A stretch of DNA of 63,385 nucleotides, the filler included, from Octopus bimaculoides (taxonomy: Eukaryota): NCBI RefSeq assembly GCF_001194135.2. It is 5 parts of 5 records of this genome, joined end to end, with 100 filler letters (N's around TTAATTAATTAA, not from the genome) between each part and the next. Parts side by side here need not be neighbours in the genome. Positions count along the whole stretch, not along the records: positions 1 to 30,592 come from NC_068990.1; positions 30,693 to 44,987 come from NC_068981.1; 3 more parts are not named here. One strand, given 5' to 3'. The stretch's first letter is position 1, and every line of letters starts with the position of its first letter. The position numbers were made by a program, and so were the translations under genes. This document shows, in pieces, positions 25,437-38,146 of the stretch. Under the pieces are notes generated by a model. That model was not told the origin of the DNA. It worked only from the letters and a program-made list of their open reading frames with translations, and did not search any database.

Positions 25437-25852
25437 TTAATCTGTTTGTTACAGTATTTCTGTTGACATACAGTGCTATTGTTTCAATTAATTTGAAAAT
25501 AACGAGAAATTTAGTAAAATAACTTTGACAATATTAATCCTTTCATTACCATATTTATACCGAAATACACAGCTTATGTTTTAATTAATTTTGAAAATAA
25601 CGAAGAATTTAGTAAAATAAATTGGTCCATTATTAATCCTATTGTTTCTATATTTCTGTTGAAATACACTGCATTTGCTTTGATTAATTCTGGATACAAA
25701 GGGGAATTTCGTAAAATAACATTGCCATTATGAAGCTGGTGTTTGGAGCATAAATTAACATGACATTTTGAATGAGATTTTAATTTGGATCACTTTAAAA
25801 CAGGATTAGTATTAAAAGGATCTCAGGGGGTTTGGTATCAAAAGGGTCTAAA
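25437..25852 (+). mobile_element. piggyBac-like MITE with its left ~98 bp triplicated
   Basis: Units start at TTAA 25437, 25534 and 25633; one right end GGTATCAAAAGGGTCTA. Same family as 27922-28330. Confidence 0.6.
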
Positions 25853-26202
25853 GAATACAACTCCAGCTTTCTTATAAAATACACGAATTTATAAAATGAT
25901 AACTAACATTGGCATACAAGCTACATATTACATCAACTTAGATATATATATATATATGTACTTGGTACTTATTTTAAAGACCCTGGAAGAAGGAAAAGTA
26001 AATTTGACCCCAATGGCATTTCAACTCACAGTATAAAGGTGGGGGAGGGACCTAATCTAATCACTACCAATTCTGCTAGTTCACCCCTTTTAATTCATCA
26101 TCACTATCATCATTATTTTAACATGTACGTTTCTATGTGTCTATGTGTGCATGGTCAGATTGAATTTGTTGAGGTCAATATCCAATGATCAAGGTTGGGA
26201 GA

Positions 26203-26205
<3 letters not shown>

Positions 26206-26288
<83 letters not shown>
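26206..26288. repeat. (GA)n microsatellite
   Basis: Direct reading. Confidence 0.95.
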
Positions 26289-26291
<3 letters not shown>

Positions 26292-26744
26292 CTAGAGTTT
26301 GAAAGAAAGAGCTTTAAGTAGAGGGAGAAGTGCAAAGAGAGATAATGGAAGGAGAGAGAAAGGGATAAAGAGCTAAGAGAAGGAGTGGGAAGAGGGGAAG
26401 TAATCCTGAGAGAGAAATGGGGAGGGAGAGAAGAAAGAATAAAGGAGATAAGAAGGGGTGGGGAGAGAAAGAAAAAGCTATAGAGATGGATAAAAAGCTA
26501 GTAAGAGAGAGTGACATTTAGGGTGGGGCTACAAAGAGAGTTGCTGAGGAGAGAGGGAGTGAGACGATGCGTGTAAAGAGAGAGGGAGAAAGATAACTAA
26601 GGGGGTTAAAGAGATGAGTAAAGAAGTGGTTGTGAGATAATGAGTGAGATATCAAATATCTGTTGAGTGACTGGTTCACTTCCTTAACAAGAGTCAACCA
26701 TTAACTTTTAAGATATCTACCAATTCCATTCTTTTGTTCTTTTA

Positions 26745-27105
26745 TTTGTTTCAGTCATTTTGCTGTGGCCATGCTGGAGCACCACTTTTAGTTGAATAGA
26801 TCGACCCCAGGGCTTATTATTTGTAAGCTTAGTACTTATTATTCTATCGGTCCCTTTTGTCGAACCGCTAAGTTACGGGGACGTAAACACACCAACATCG
26901 GCTGTCAACACAGACACACAAACACACACACACATACATATATATATACGATGGGCTTCTTTCAGTTTCCTTCTACCAAATCCACTCACAAGGCTTTGGT
27001 CAGCTCGAGGCTATAGTAGAAGACACTTGCCCAAGGTGCCACGCAGTAGGACTGAACCTGGAACCATGTGGTTGGTAAGCAAGCTGCTTACCACACAGTC
27101 ACTCT
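26745..27105 (-). mobile_element. SINE family C, full length
   Basis: Head, CORE-like block, short (TA/CA) spacer and 3' half are all present. Confidence 0.85.
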
Positions 27106-27509
27106 TGTGCCATGAAAATATTTAGAATATTTACTTCTGCACCTTCCAATCAACCCTTTTGAAGTTAATAAAACAGAGTAGCGGTCAAGTATTAGGGATC
27201 AACCAAGTCCACTCACAAGGCTTTGATTAGCATAGGGCTATAACAGAAAACACTTGACCAAGGTACCATGCAGGAGGGTTGAACCTGAACCCAATAGTTG
27301 GGTAGTAAAATTCTTAACCACCCAGCTATGCCTACACCATATATCATTGTCATCATCATCATTTAACATCTGTTTTCCATGCTGGCACGGTTTGCATGGT
27401 TTACCAGGAGCCGGCAAGGCCAAGAGCCAAACCAGGTTCCAAAGTCTGTTTTGGTTTCTGCAGTTGGATGTCTCCCTAACACCAACTAGTTTACAGAGTG
27501 TACTGGATG

Positions 27510-27735
27510 TGAGCTGGCAGAAACGTTAGCACGCCGGACGAAACGCATAGCGGTATTTCGTCTGTCTTTACGTTCTGAGTTCAAATTCTGCAAAGGTCGA
27601 CTTTGTCTTTCATCCTTTTGGGGTCGATAAATAAAGTACCAGTTACGCACTGGGGTCGATGTAATCGACTTAATCCCTTTGTCTGTCCTTGCTTGTCCCC
27701 TCTATGTTTAGCCCCTTGTGGGCAATAAAGAAATA
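27510..27735 (+). mobile_element. SINE family A, tail 1, perfect 15-bp TSD, nested in an RTE-tail repeat
   Basis: TSD AGAGTGTACTGGATG at 27495-27509 and 27736-27750. Confidence 0.92.
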
Positions 27736-27921
27736 AGAGTGTACTGGATGCTTTTTACATGGCACCAGCACTAATGCTTTTTACATACACTAAATAAATT
27801 TCAGAGAAATTAATAGAATGCTGAAAATTCTAAATTTCAAGGAAATCCTGATGTTCTTTTCTACAAGAATAATTTGATTGGATGAGAGCTAACAGGAAAA
27901 TACATTTTGACAAGGAAACAC

Positions 27922-28330
27922 TTAACCCTTTTGATACCAACCAGCCTGAGACTGCTTTAAAGTGATCTTGATTTAAACGTGCCATAGAAATTTCAAGTTA
28001 TTTCATGTTCCAAACACAAGCTTAATATTGCAATTATTTCACTAAATTCGTCATTATTTTCATAATTAAATGAAACAAAAGTAGTTTATTTCAGCAGAAA
28101 TATGGTAAATAATTGTTGTTTCAGAATTTCTAAGTTTTTTGTTTTGTTCTTAGATCACTTTAACACAGGAAGTTTGTACCTCATAGACTCAGGTGGACTG
28201 GTATCAAAAGGGGTGACCCTTTTGTGATCATATTTCTGGTGAAATATATTGCCTTTGTTTCAATAAATTCTGAGAATAACAAAGAATTTGGTAAAATAAC
28301 TTTGTCATTATTAAACTGGTGTCTGGTACA
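27922..28330. mobile_element. Cluster of piggyBac-like MITE pieces in both orientations
   Basis: TTAACCCTTTTGATACCAAC start; further GGTATCAAAAGGGG and CCCTTTTGTGATCATATTTC ends. Confidence 0.55.
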
Positions 28331-28637
28331 CCATCATCATTGTTTAATGACTGTTTTCAATGCTGGCATGGGTTGGATAGGTTGACAGGAACTGACTGAA
28401 AAGTCAGAAGATTGCACCAATCCCTGTTGTCTGTTATGGCATGGTTTCTATGGTTGGATGCCAACCTTAATGCCAACCACTTTACAGAGTGTGGTGGGTG
28501 CTTTTCACAAGGCACCGGCAGCAGTGAGGTCATCAAATATCTTGCAAGACAAAGCCCTTCAACTGAGATGGGGGAGTATTATAGATGGACAGGAATAGGT
28601 GTGTTGCACTAGAGAAGAAACATGGTTGTCTCAGGTG

Positions 28638-28670
<33 letters not shown>

Positions 28671-29661
28671 GGGAGAGAGAAGATGGTAAAGATGAGATGA
28701 TGGGGGGAGGGGAACACCTGCAAGTTACAGGGAGGTGTATTTANNNNNNNNNNNNNNNNNNNNNNNNNNNNNNNNNNNNNNNNNNNNNNNNNNNNNNNNN
28801 NNNNNNNNNNNNNNNNNNNNNNNNNNNNNNNNNNNNNNNNNNNNNNNNNNNNNNNNNNNNNNNNNNNNNNNNNNNNNNNNNNNNNNNNNNNNNNNNNNNN
28901 NNNNNNNNNNNNNNNNNNNNNNNNNNNNNNNNNNNNNNNNNNNNNNNNNNNNNNNNNNNNNNNNNNNNNNNNNNNNNNNNNNNNNNNNNNNNNNNNNNNN
29001 NNNNNNNNNNNNNNNNNNNNNNNNNNNNNNNNNNNNNNNNNNNNNNNNNNNNNNNNNNNNNNNNNNNNNNNNNNNNNNNNNNNNNNNNNNNNNNNNNNNN
29101 NNNNNNNNNNNNNNNNNNNNNNNNNNNNNNNNNNNNNNNNNNNNNNNNNNNNNNNNNNNNNNNGTGACATGGACAAAAAGGACATGCCTTTAGGGCCTCA
29201 ATTTTGCTTAGCTGGATGGATCTTCTCAAGCACAGTAAATCACCAGTTTACTTTCTGAAACACTCAAGTAATCAAACAAACGAAAAGGTATAAATTGTGG
29301 CACCTAACATTTTAATGGTTAGATATAAGAGGTGATGGTGCAATGCACACTTTAAAGAATTATTTACTAATTCTTTAGGTCTGTGATATCTAATTTAATT
29401 AATTTTCTTTTAATTGAGTAAATTTATAGCAACAAGTATGTCAGCGAAAGCTCACAAGGACAATAGAAAAATTATTGTCAGTCTCGTTAAGCAATAGTCT
29501 GGCTACTCAAATTGCAATGCTCTTAATTAGAACATTCAACATACAAACGAAATAAAGAATTGGGAAAATGAAAAGAGAAAATAAAATAACAAGATTAATT
29601 AGTGTTTCGTAATATTCCACAACTTTACTAATTAATCATCATCATCATCATCACCACCACC

Positions 29662-29695
<34 letters not shown>

Positions 29696-30592
29696 TCATC
29701 ATCATCATCATCGTCATTGATGTCATTATTTTAAATATTCTGTTTCCCTTGCTTGCATGAGTCAGAGAGTATTTGTTGAGGCAGATTTTCTGCACCCTGA
29801 ATGCTCTTCCTGCTGCCAACATTCACTTGTTTCCAATCAAAGTAATATTTCCCCATGACTGGACATGCTTTCAGGGAAGACTGGAAACAAATGACACTGC
29901 TTGTATGATGGTGACACTCATTTACAACTATTATGTGATGTCAAGCCAAGGAATAACGAACACACACACACACACACACACAACCAGCTTACACAGTTTC
30001 CACCTACCAAATTTACTTCCAAGGTATTGATTGGGCTGGAGCTATCATAGAAGATACTTGCCCAAGGTGCTGTGCAGTGGGAGAGAACCCAAAACCATAT
30101 GATTGCAAAGAGAGCATTTTTACCACACAGCCACGCCAGCACCTATATGAATATATAATGAAATTATATTGGTCTTTGGCACATTAACCTCACAGCTCAC
30201 TGATAACACAATGTTCTACTCTTATTTTCATACAAAGTTTTTGTTCTTAATATTCTGTTAGTCTTTTACTTCTGTTATTCTTTGTAAGCCTGGTACTTAT
30301 TGTATCAGTCTCTTTTGACTAACCACTAAGTTATGGGAATATAAACACACCAACATCGGTTGTCAAGTGATGGTGGGGGAACAAATACAGACACAAACAC
30401 ACAAATATATACACGAGTGGTTGTGTGGTAAGTAGCTTGCTTTCCAACCGCATGGTTCTGGATTCAGTCCCACTGCATGGCACCTTGAGCAAGTGTCTTC
30501 TACTGTAGCCTTGGGCCGACCAAAGCTTTGTGAGAAGATTTGGTAGATGGAAACTGAAAGAAGCCTGTTGTGTATATATAATTATATATATA

Positions 30593-30692
30593 NNNNNNNN
30601 NNNNNNNNNNNNNNNNNNNNNNNNNNNNNNNNNNNNTTAATTAATTAANNNNNNNNNNNNNNNNNNNNNNNNNNNNNNNNNNNNNNNNNNNN
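30593..30692. other. Synthetic assembly linker 44N-TTAATTAATTAA-44N
   Basis: Exactly 100 bp; the 12-mer has stops in all six frames. Confidence 0.95.
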
Positions 30693-31047
30693 AGACTACC
30701 CTTTCAGATATACTTACATTGTGATTTCTGCAATGTGGTGCATAAATTGTCAAGTAAATGAGACGCATCTTTGCCTCCACTGATTCACTTGCAAAGTGTT
30801 GAGTAAAATTATTTCGTTGCAGACCTCTTTTGAGTCTTTTTATTATCACTGCGACACACATAGTCCCCAGTTGGTAACATTAATTTCAAGGCCTTTCCAG
30901 ATGAGAGACTGGCATTCCACTTAATGTCTATGTTCCATGCTGGCATGGATTGGAGAGTTATTAATGTAGAAATATGGTATCGTAGCTACTAACAGTTGAG
31001 GGTTGCATAGTCTAGACAGCGTTTTTAGATTTCATTATTCTCTTTAA

Positions 31048-31076
31048 CCCGGGCAAAGCCGGGTATTTCTGCTAGT
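31048..31076 (+). mobile_element. Helitron 3' terminus
   Basis: Hairpin CCCGG-GCAAAG-CCGGG, then CTAG|T 8 nt downstream: the canonical Helitron end. Confidence 0.6.
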
Positions 31077-31374
31077 TTCTAATATTCTGTAAAAAACATA
31101 TCTCGCCATGGGGAAATATTATTGTTCTTGGAAAAAGGTGAGGGTTGATGACTTTATGGAAGAATGGAAAGAGAAAACATCACGTACATGATGGTGACAC
31201 TCATTTACAACTTATCACATGATGTCAAGAGATACACACACTTCCTCACCCACCTAAGCATGCACACTTCTTCACCCACTCAACAGAGTGTTCTGGCTAA
31301 ATTTGACAATTTTTTTTATATTTCCTTTTTCCAAGAACAACTTGATTTCTGCTGAACAGTCAATCGTGTTGAGG

Positions 31375-32075
31375 AGCATGAAGATTAAAGTTATAATTGA
31401 GAAAGAGTTAGCTGTCATGGAGGACTGGAAACCATCTGAATGGTCGAAAAGGGTTACCTATATCATGATGATTTGTGCTGGGTATCAAAATGCTGACATC
31501 ATGACTGCTACTCAAAACTTTGTGAACACTGCAAAAGCTGTAAGACATGACATGAATGGCTTCAATGGAGACTACAAAGCTGTGGCCAGCAGGAAGGGAC
31601 TCAGCAAGCATTCTGACTGCATCCACATGCTGGAGTTCATCTTCACATCTTTGAGTAGAACCTTAGGCTCAATTCAGATGGCTATATGAAACTGGTGGAG
31701 ACTGTGGTCAATATCTTGTTGGAGAGTGTTGCTGCTGGAAGTCCATATATATGGCAACACGATTCAACTTCTTGCCTCACCTTTGGAAGAGTTAGCAGTG
31801 GTTGTTGGAGAATTTTTACAACTTTTCTACCCCAAATTTCTGACCACCTAATTCCCCTCTATTGCAAACTCATGGTTTACTATGTGTGGGGCACAGTTGT
31901 GAAAGACACCAGCCACCCTGCCTGCAACACCAAGGCTGAACTGGTAGCCAAGATCAAGGAGGTGCTCAAAGATCTTCCACAGGACACATTGAGGAATACA
32001 TGCACCAGGTTCTACTGCCATTTGAGGCAGTGGTGGAAGCTGAGGGCAGCTACTTTGAGTAAACTGTTAGCTCCC
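31375..32075 (+). mobile_element. DD37D (maT-like) Tc1/mariner relic, internally deleted
   Basis: N-terminal MEDWKPSEWSKR..IMMICAG, then YIWQHDS..YYVWGTVVKDTSHPACNTKAELVAKIKEV..RF; same family as 35290-35800. Confidence 0.75.
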
Positions 32076-32147
32076 AGTCATTATCTAGTTGATATTTTTT
32101 TATTTTTTTGTGCATGCAGAGATAGAGAGAGAGAGAGAAAGAGAGAG

Positions 32148-32194
<47 letters not shown>

Positions 32195-32446
32195 ATGTAT
32201 ATAAACTTACTGTTAACAAAAGTCAGGATGCGTGGTATTCAGTTATTCCATAAATGAAAAATGCATTAAATACTACAAAACATACACATAGGACAGACAC
32301 CAGAACCCTAATACTTCATCAGTTATCAACCTAGCTTCATGCCTTTAATGATAAGACTAGGAACTTTGTACATCAGTAGCACCCACAAGATTTGCAGAGA
32401 ATTAGGGTTTGGGCAAACAAAATAATACAGGGTGGACGTACGAAAG

Positions 32447-32483
<37 letters not shown>

Positions 32484-32577
32484 ATGTATGTATTATTTTG
32501 CTTAGGCATAGTGATACTAACAATCTGGTGTTAGAACTCAATATACATATGCTTCAGAACAAAGTGTCAATCAAATA

Positions 32578-33900
32578 TTGGGTCCTCCCATAAATAATGT
32601 GGTTTTTTTATACTTTCTTTTATTTTTCAAAATTTAGATAAAGTTCTTTTTTTAATCTAAAATATACTCTCCTTCATTTCTACAATGCTCTTCCACATAC
32701 CTGGTAGACTTGCAAGGCCCCTCTTCCAAAATTCATTTGTTCATGACAAAAAAATACTCCTCCAGTACTATTCTGACCTCGTCTATAGAATTCTTATTTT
32801 TGCTGTCCAAATGATTTTGAAGAATGCAGAATAAATGATAATCAGACAGGGCAATGTCTAGCAAATATGGTGGATGGGGCATCATTTCCCATTCAAACTG
32901 CTCCAGCCTTTGGAATATCATCCTTGCTGTATGTGGCCAAGCATTATCCTGATGAAAGAACACCTTTGTCTCGAAAGCAAAGAGGGTTGGTTTTCTTCTA
33001 GCGCTGACTTAAGAAGCTCAAGCTGCTTGCAGTGTGTGTGTGTGTATGTATGTATGTATGTATGTATATAAACTTACTGTTAACAAAAGTCAGGATGCGT
33101 GGTATTCAGTTATTCCATAAATGAAAAATGCATTAAATACTACAAAACATACACATAGGACAGACACCAGAACCCTAATACTTCATCAGTTATCAACCTA
33201 GCTTCATGCCTTTAATGATAAGACTAGGAACTTTGTACATCAGTAGCACCCACAAGATTTTGTTATCATTTGGTTTGGGTTTAAAAGTCCAAAGTGGACT
33301 AAACCTTTCATATCTCACCAAACAGATAATAATACTTTACATGGGTGAGAATGTTTCTCCTTTCCCTACCCACTGTCTATGATGCTTGACATTTTTATAG
33401 AGAACCCATTTCATCTCACCAGTCACTATTCAGTCCAAAAGTGGTTCACTTGTGAGATGATATGTCAGCAAAGAAGAGCACTCATACACTCTCTGCATAT
33501 GATTAGAATTCAAAAATTTGTGAGGAACCCATTGACACACATTTGCTGACTTTTCTGATGGCATGCAGGTGTCGATGAATGGTTGTATGACCAAATCCAA
33601 GCTTCTCTGCTAGTTCCTCAATAGTTACAAAGGGATTTTGTTCCACCAGGGTTTGCAGGATGTCCTTGTCATATCTTCCAGGATTAGGCTTGTCTTCTAG
33701 GCTGTAGTTTCCGGCTCAGAATTTTTGAAACCACCATTGACACTGGCCTTACACTTATTGTCTGATCCCCATATACTGCATTAATATTCCTCGTACTTAC
33801 TTACTTTTATAACAAGTTGATGTATGTAGTTTATCCTGTTCCCCTCTGACTTCTAGTTCATGCAATTGAAAAAAACCACATTATTTATTGGATGACTCTA
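32578..33900 (-). mobile_element. Near full-length DD34D mariner relic with both TIRs
   Basis: TIRs TTGGGTCCTCCATAAATAATGTGGTTTTTT (32578) and AAAAAACCACATTATTTATTGGATGACTC (~33869-33898), TA-flanked. Minus pseudo-ORF with QWVPHK, IVTGE.KWVLY and QDNAWPHTAR..HPPY..SDYHLF (D-x34-D counted). Confidence 0.9.
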
Positions 33901-33944
33901 TACATTGCAGTAATAAGAAGTTAAATAAATGACAAGGAAAGAAG

Positions 33945-34134
33945 TAATTATGTCATGAATTTCCTTAGCTTACATCTGTTTCTGCTATAAGATGCAATGC
34001 ACTGATAGTTGAGTACTTGTGTATCACCCTATAACTTCATTGGAGCAGAAACTATAGGGTGATACACAAGCACTCAACTTTCTGCATTTTATAGCAGAAA
34101 CAACAGTAAGCTAATGAAGTTCATGACATAATTA
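33945..34134. repeat. Fold-back inverted repeat (~85-bp arms, ~19-nt spacer), MITE-like
   Basis: TAATTATGTCATGAA..CTTGTGTATCACCCTATA / TATAGGGTGATACACAAG..TTCATGACATAATTA. Confidence 0.85.
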
Positions 34135-34959
34135 TCTTATTCCCTTATCATTTATTTTAGAGGTGGTTGGATGGTTCAAACTTCTAGAAATTAGTAAGAC
34201 TAGAAAATTCGGATCTTTTTTAAAATGGGGGCCACATTTTTCATTAACGAAACACTTTGAAACTTGGAACACTGGTAGAATGTGTCATATAAAACATCTT
34301 TTTCTCTTAGTCTTCTTAAAAAAAAAAGAAATCCCTAAGTTATTCCATGTTAAAGTTGTCGTATTTCTGTAATTTCAACCAATCACTGACGTCCATTCAG
34401 CCGATATACATTAAGTGCCGACTACATAAACAAACGATTCTGAAACAATTCTATCGGTGATAGGGTTAGGGTAAAACAGCAAATTTAAAATGAAAAAAGC
34501 AAATAAAACGAAGCTATGGCTTAATCAGCCAAAGGAGTAAATATAAACAACTGNNNNNNNNNNNNNNNNNNNNNNNNNNNNNNNNNNNNNNNNNNNNNNN
34601 NNNNNNNNNNNNNNNNNNNNNNNNNNNNNNNNNNNNNNNNNNNNNNNNNNNNNNNNNNNNNNNNNNNNNNNNNNNNNNNNNNNNNNNNNNNNNNNNNNNN
34701 NNNNNNNNNNNNNNNNNNNNNNNNNNNNNNNNNNNNNNNNNNNNNNNNNNNNNNNNNNNNNNNNNNNNNNNNNNNNNNNNNNNNNNNNNNNNNNNNNNNN
34801 NNNNNNNNNNNNNNNNNNNNNNNNNNNNNNNNNNNNNNNNNNNNNNNNNNNNNNNNNNNNNNNNNNNNNNNNNNNNNNNNNNNNNNNNNNNNNNNNNNNN
34901 NNNNNNNNNNNNNNNNNNNNNNNCTTTCATTTGTTACATATATATATATATATATATGT

Positions 34960-35137
34960 TGTTGTACTTGGGGATGGTCATATTGCCAGTTTAGCCAATA
35001 AAAACACACGCACTGTATATTTGGTGTTAATTTGCTTCAGCTTTATATTACATTATATTACATTAATCCTATTTCGGCCAAAGTTCTTTCGTCTTTTATT
35101 GGCTAAACTGGCAATATGACCATCCCCAAGTACAACA
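34960..35137. repeat. Element with perfect 44-bp inverted ends
   Basis: TGTTGTACTTGGGGATGGTCATATTGCCAGTTTAGCCAATAAAA (34960-35003) and its reverse complement (35094-35137). Confidence 0.9.
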
Positions 35138-35289
35138 TCTGTTTCAACACACGATTTCACATCAAAAATCTTGCATAACAAATATATATATATGTCTAAA
35201 TTATGTAAAAATGAAAATAACACAGACATACCATTTTAACAGATATAATAACCAAATTACATAAAAAATATCTTGAAATACTAAAGGGT

Positions 35290-35800
35290 AAATTTATTCA
35301 ATAAAATCCTTTCCTTCAGTTCATCTTTGGTGTTACAAGGAGTTTTGTTGGTCTCTCGCTCAACTGCAACCCATACATAATAATCAAAGGGGTTGCAGTT
35401 TGGGGGAGTTAGGGTGCCAGATGTTAGGGGTGATGTGGTCATAGAAATTGTCTGACAGCCATGACTAAGTTCTACTGCTTGTGTGGCATGGTGCAGAGTC
35501 CTGTTGCTAGACATAGGGTCTTCCAGTAGCCACCCTCTTGACTCAGAGCAGCACTACCTCCTCCAGGCACTTGATGTAGGCCTCTGTGTTGAGTCTCTGG
35601 TTGTGTGGGAAGATGAATGGAGGTATGATATCACCATCACTAGTGATCATTCCAAACACGTTGACAAACATCCATGTTGACTGGATGTTTGATTTTTGTC
35701 ACTCTCGGTACATGTTCTCAGATTGCTGCACTACACAACATCTTTTGACATAGACACTACACTGAATGAAATTTTGAGCCTTTCTCTGCAAAAGTGAGGT
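35290..35800 (-). mobile_element. DD37D Tc1/mariner relic
   Basis: QQDSAPCHTSSRT*SWLSDNFYDHITPNIWHPNSP/NCNPFDYYVWVAVERETNKTPCNTKDEL; 37 residues between the two Asp after correcting one frameshift. Confidence 0.85.
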
Positions 35801-37011
35801 GATGGGTCAATTTTGAGAACTTTACAATGGGTTCAACTGACCCCGAATGTTGAAGAGAAGGATTAGGAGGCTGAGAATGAGGATGACAACAACTATGATG
35901 GCTGTTGTGAATATGGCTATAGATGAATGTAGCAGTGAAAGTTGCTGGATTTTTATAGCGGACATATTATTACACACCTTCCTATCTGGATGCAAAAATA
36001 AAAAAAAAATCAAAGGAATAGCTACTGCAGACACCACCACAGCCACCGCCACCGCCATCACCACCGCCACCACCACCACCATCACTACCTATCACTCTCC
36101 CCCACCACAAACTTTATGTAGTACTGTTCAGTACAGTACATCAAGCAGACATTATCATCCAATTTTGTGATCACATGAGAGTGAGCTAGAGAGGGAGGAG
36201 GTATGGAGAAGGGTAGAGAAGAGACAGAAAAAAAAAAGCAGAGGATGGTAAAAGTAAGAGAAAGAAAGGAAGAAAGGCTGAATGATGTGTGTGTCTGTGT
36301 GTGTGCATGTGTGTGTCTATATCTATGTATACACACACACATATACAGTGGGGAGATAAAAAGAGAGAGAAGGAGGGATAGACTGAGAACAAATTCAAAA
36401 TTTATGTTGTTTTTTTTCTGATGGGGAGTGGGGGGGGTACTGTTTTTCTTTTTTACTGGAGGATTAGTGATCATGTGGTTGCTGTAGAAGTGTCACAAGT
36501 AAATGTGAGTCAGTGTGTGTGTTTTGTTTGTCTTTTGTGTGTGTGTGAATGCATGTGTGTCCGTGTGTATGTGTATGTGTGTGTGTCTGTCTGTCTGTGT
36601 CCATGTGTATGTGTGTGTGTCTCTGTGTCTATGTGAGTGAGAGAAATAAAGGGTACAGTTCTTAATGTGGTCTTTTAAGCATGTCTGTTGATAAGAAGTA
36701 CAAAATGTTATTTACCATATATATTTCAGTAATGTCAAATGAAGTCATAACTCAACAGACTTCAACATCTGGTCCAAAGATTTGCTGTCTCCTCATTCTA
36801 CCTTTTCTATTGTTTTTACAATGGCCTGTCACTTAAAACTCACAAACCAAGAGCTACCTCCGCTTAGGCCCAACTGATTTATTTATCCTTTCTCTCATTG
36901 TCACCAATATTGTGCGTATTACCTACTCTTAAGTTCCATACTAACCACTATATCCAAGTCCTCTCTGGTCATGTTTTATTCTGTAGTTATTGACCTGCTG
37001 TTTTTCAAGAA

Positions 37012-37344
37012 CAGTAGTTCTTAACCAGAGTCCATACAATCCCTAAAGTTCCATATAAGATTTTTGGTAGTCCATACAGTATAATAGTAAACTGGGCATC
37101 AACAATAGTATTTTAAGGGCCCCTGAAAAATTTTGCATTTGATGTATGTATTGATATGTATTGGAAGAAACAGCTAGGTTTCTTTCTCTGAAATTTTACA
37201 TAGTTCAACCTACACAAGGGAATGTGTGGAAAACAAAACAAGAATTTTGAAATTAGTTTTTAAACATCGAATGGCTATGGGGGTCCACCAGAATAAAATA
37301 GTAATCAAAGAGTTCCATAGTTAAAAAAAGGTTGAGAACCCCTG
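37012..37344. mobile_element. Non-autonomous hAT (Charlie-type) element with 8-bp TSD
   Basis: TIRs CAGTAGTTCTTAACC / GGTTGAGAACCCCTG; TSD TTCAAGAA (37004-37011) / TTCAGGAA (37345-37352). Confidence 0.85.
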
Positions 37345-37761
37345 TTCAGGAAGAACAAACACAGTGATCTCATCAGTCTTGGAAGATTTGCATTGTCATG
37401 TTTACATGCCACATGCAGATTTTCCTCCAGATCAAACCATTAACAAAAATCACAAAAGTATATATCTAGAAGTAGCTGTGATTGAAGCAAGAGGGCTGTG
37501 GCAGCAAATTATTTTGGTAATTGTTTGTGTCAGAGTGCTGTGGAATAGTGAGGATGAATACAAATTTCAGCTGGCCATGACTGTATGTGAGTATAATTTT
37601 GTAACATAGTTCATGCTTTCGCTAACTGTTTTAGATGCGGTAGCATGTAGACATAGTCACTCTTTCTTCTCCTTCACTTTTGACTCAGTGCCACACCAAG
37701 ATGACAGCTGGCAGGAGAGAAGGCTGCACCAGCACCCAACTGGTACTCACTGCAGGTGAGT

Positions 37762-38146
37762 TGTTGGCACTCCGTCGCTTACGACGTCGAGGGTTCCAGT
37801 TGATCCGATCAACGGAACAGCCTGCTCGTGAAATTAACGTGCAAGTGGCTGAGCACTCCACAGACACATGTACCCTTAACGTAGTTCTCGGGGATATTCA
37901 GCGTGACACAGTGTGACAAGGCTGACCCTTTGAAATACAGGTACAACAGAAACAGGAAGTAAGAGTGAGGGAAAGTTGTGGTGAAAGAGAACAGCAGAGT
38001 TTGCCACCATCCCCTGCCGGAGCCTCGTGGAGTTTTAGGTGTTTTCGCTCAATAAACACTCACAACGCCCGGTCTGGGAATCGAAACCGTGATCCTATGA
38101 CCGCGAGTCAACTGCCCTAACCACAGGGCCATTGCTCCTCCACAAA
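37762..38146 (-). mobile_element. tRNA-derived SINE family R, full length, 11-bp TSD
   Basis: Minus head GTGGAGGAGCAATGGCCCTGTGGTTAGGGC..GGTTTCGATTCCC; TSD TGCAGGTGAGT at 37751-37761 and 38147-38157. Confidence 0.9.

Noticed and set aside
36445-37610. Weak exon candidates (36464-36500; ~37535-37590)
   Set aside because: Splice-like motifs at background frequency; peptides unrecognised.
37990-38143. tRNA genes (also at SINE heads ~930-1020, 2465, 4920-4995, 47510-47600, 49037)
   Set aside because: These are SINE heads with A/B boxes that continue into SINE bodies with TSDs; no complete cloverleaf.
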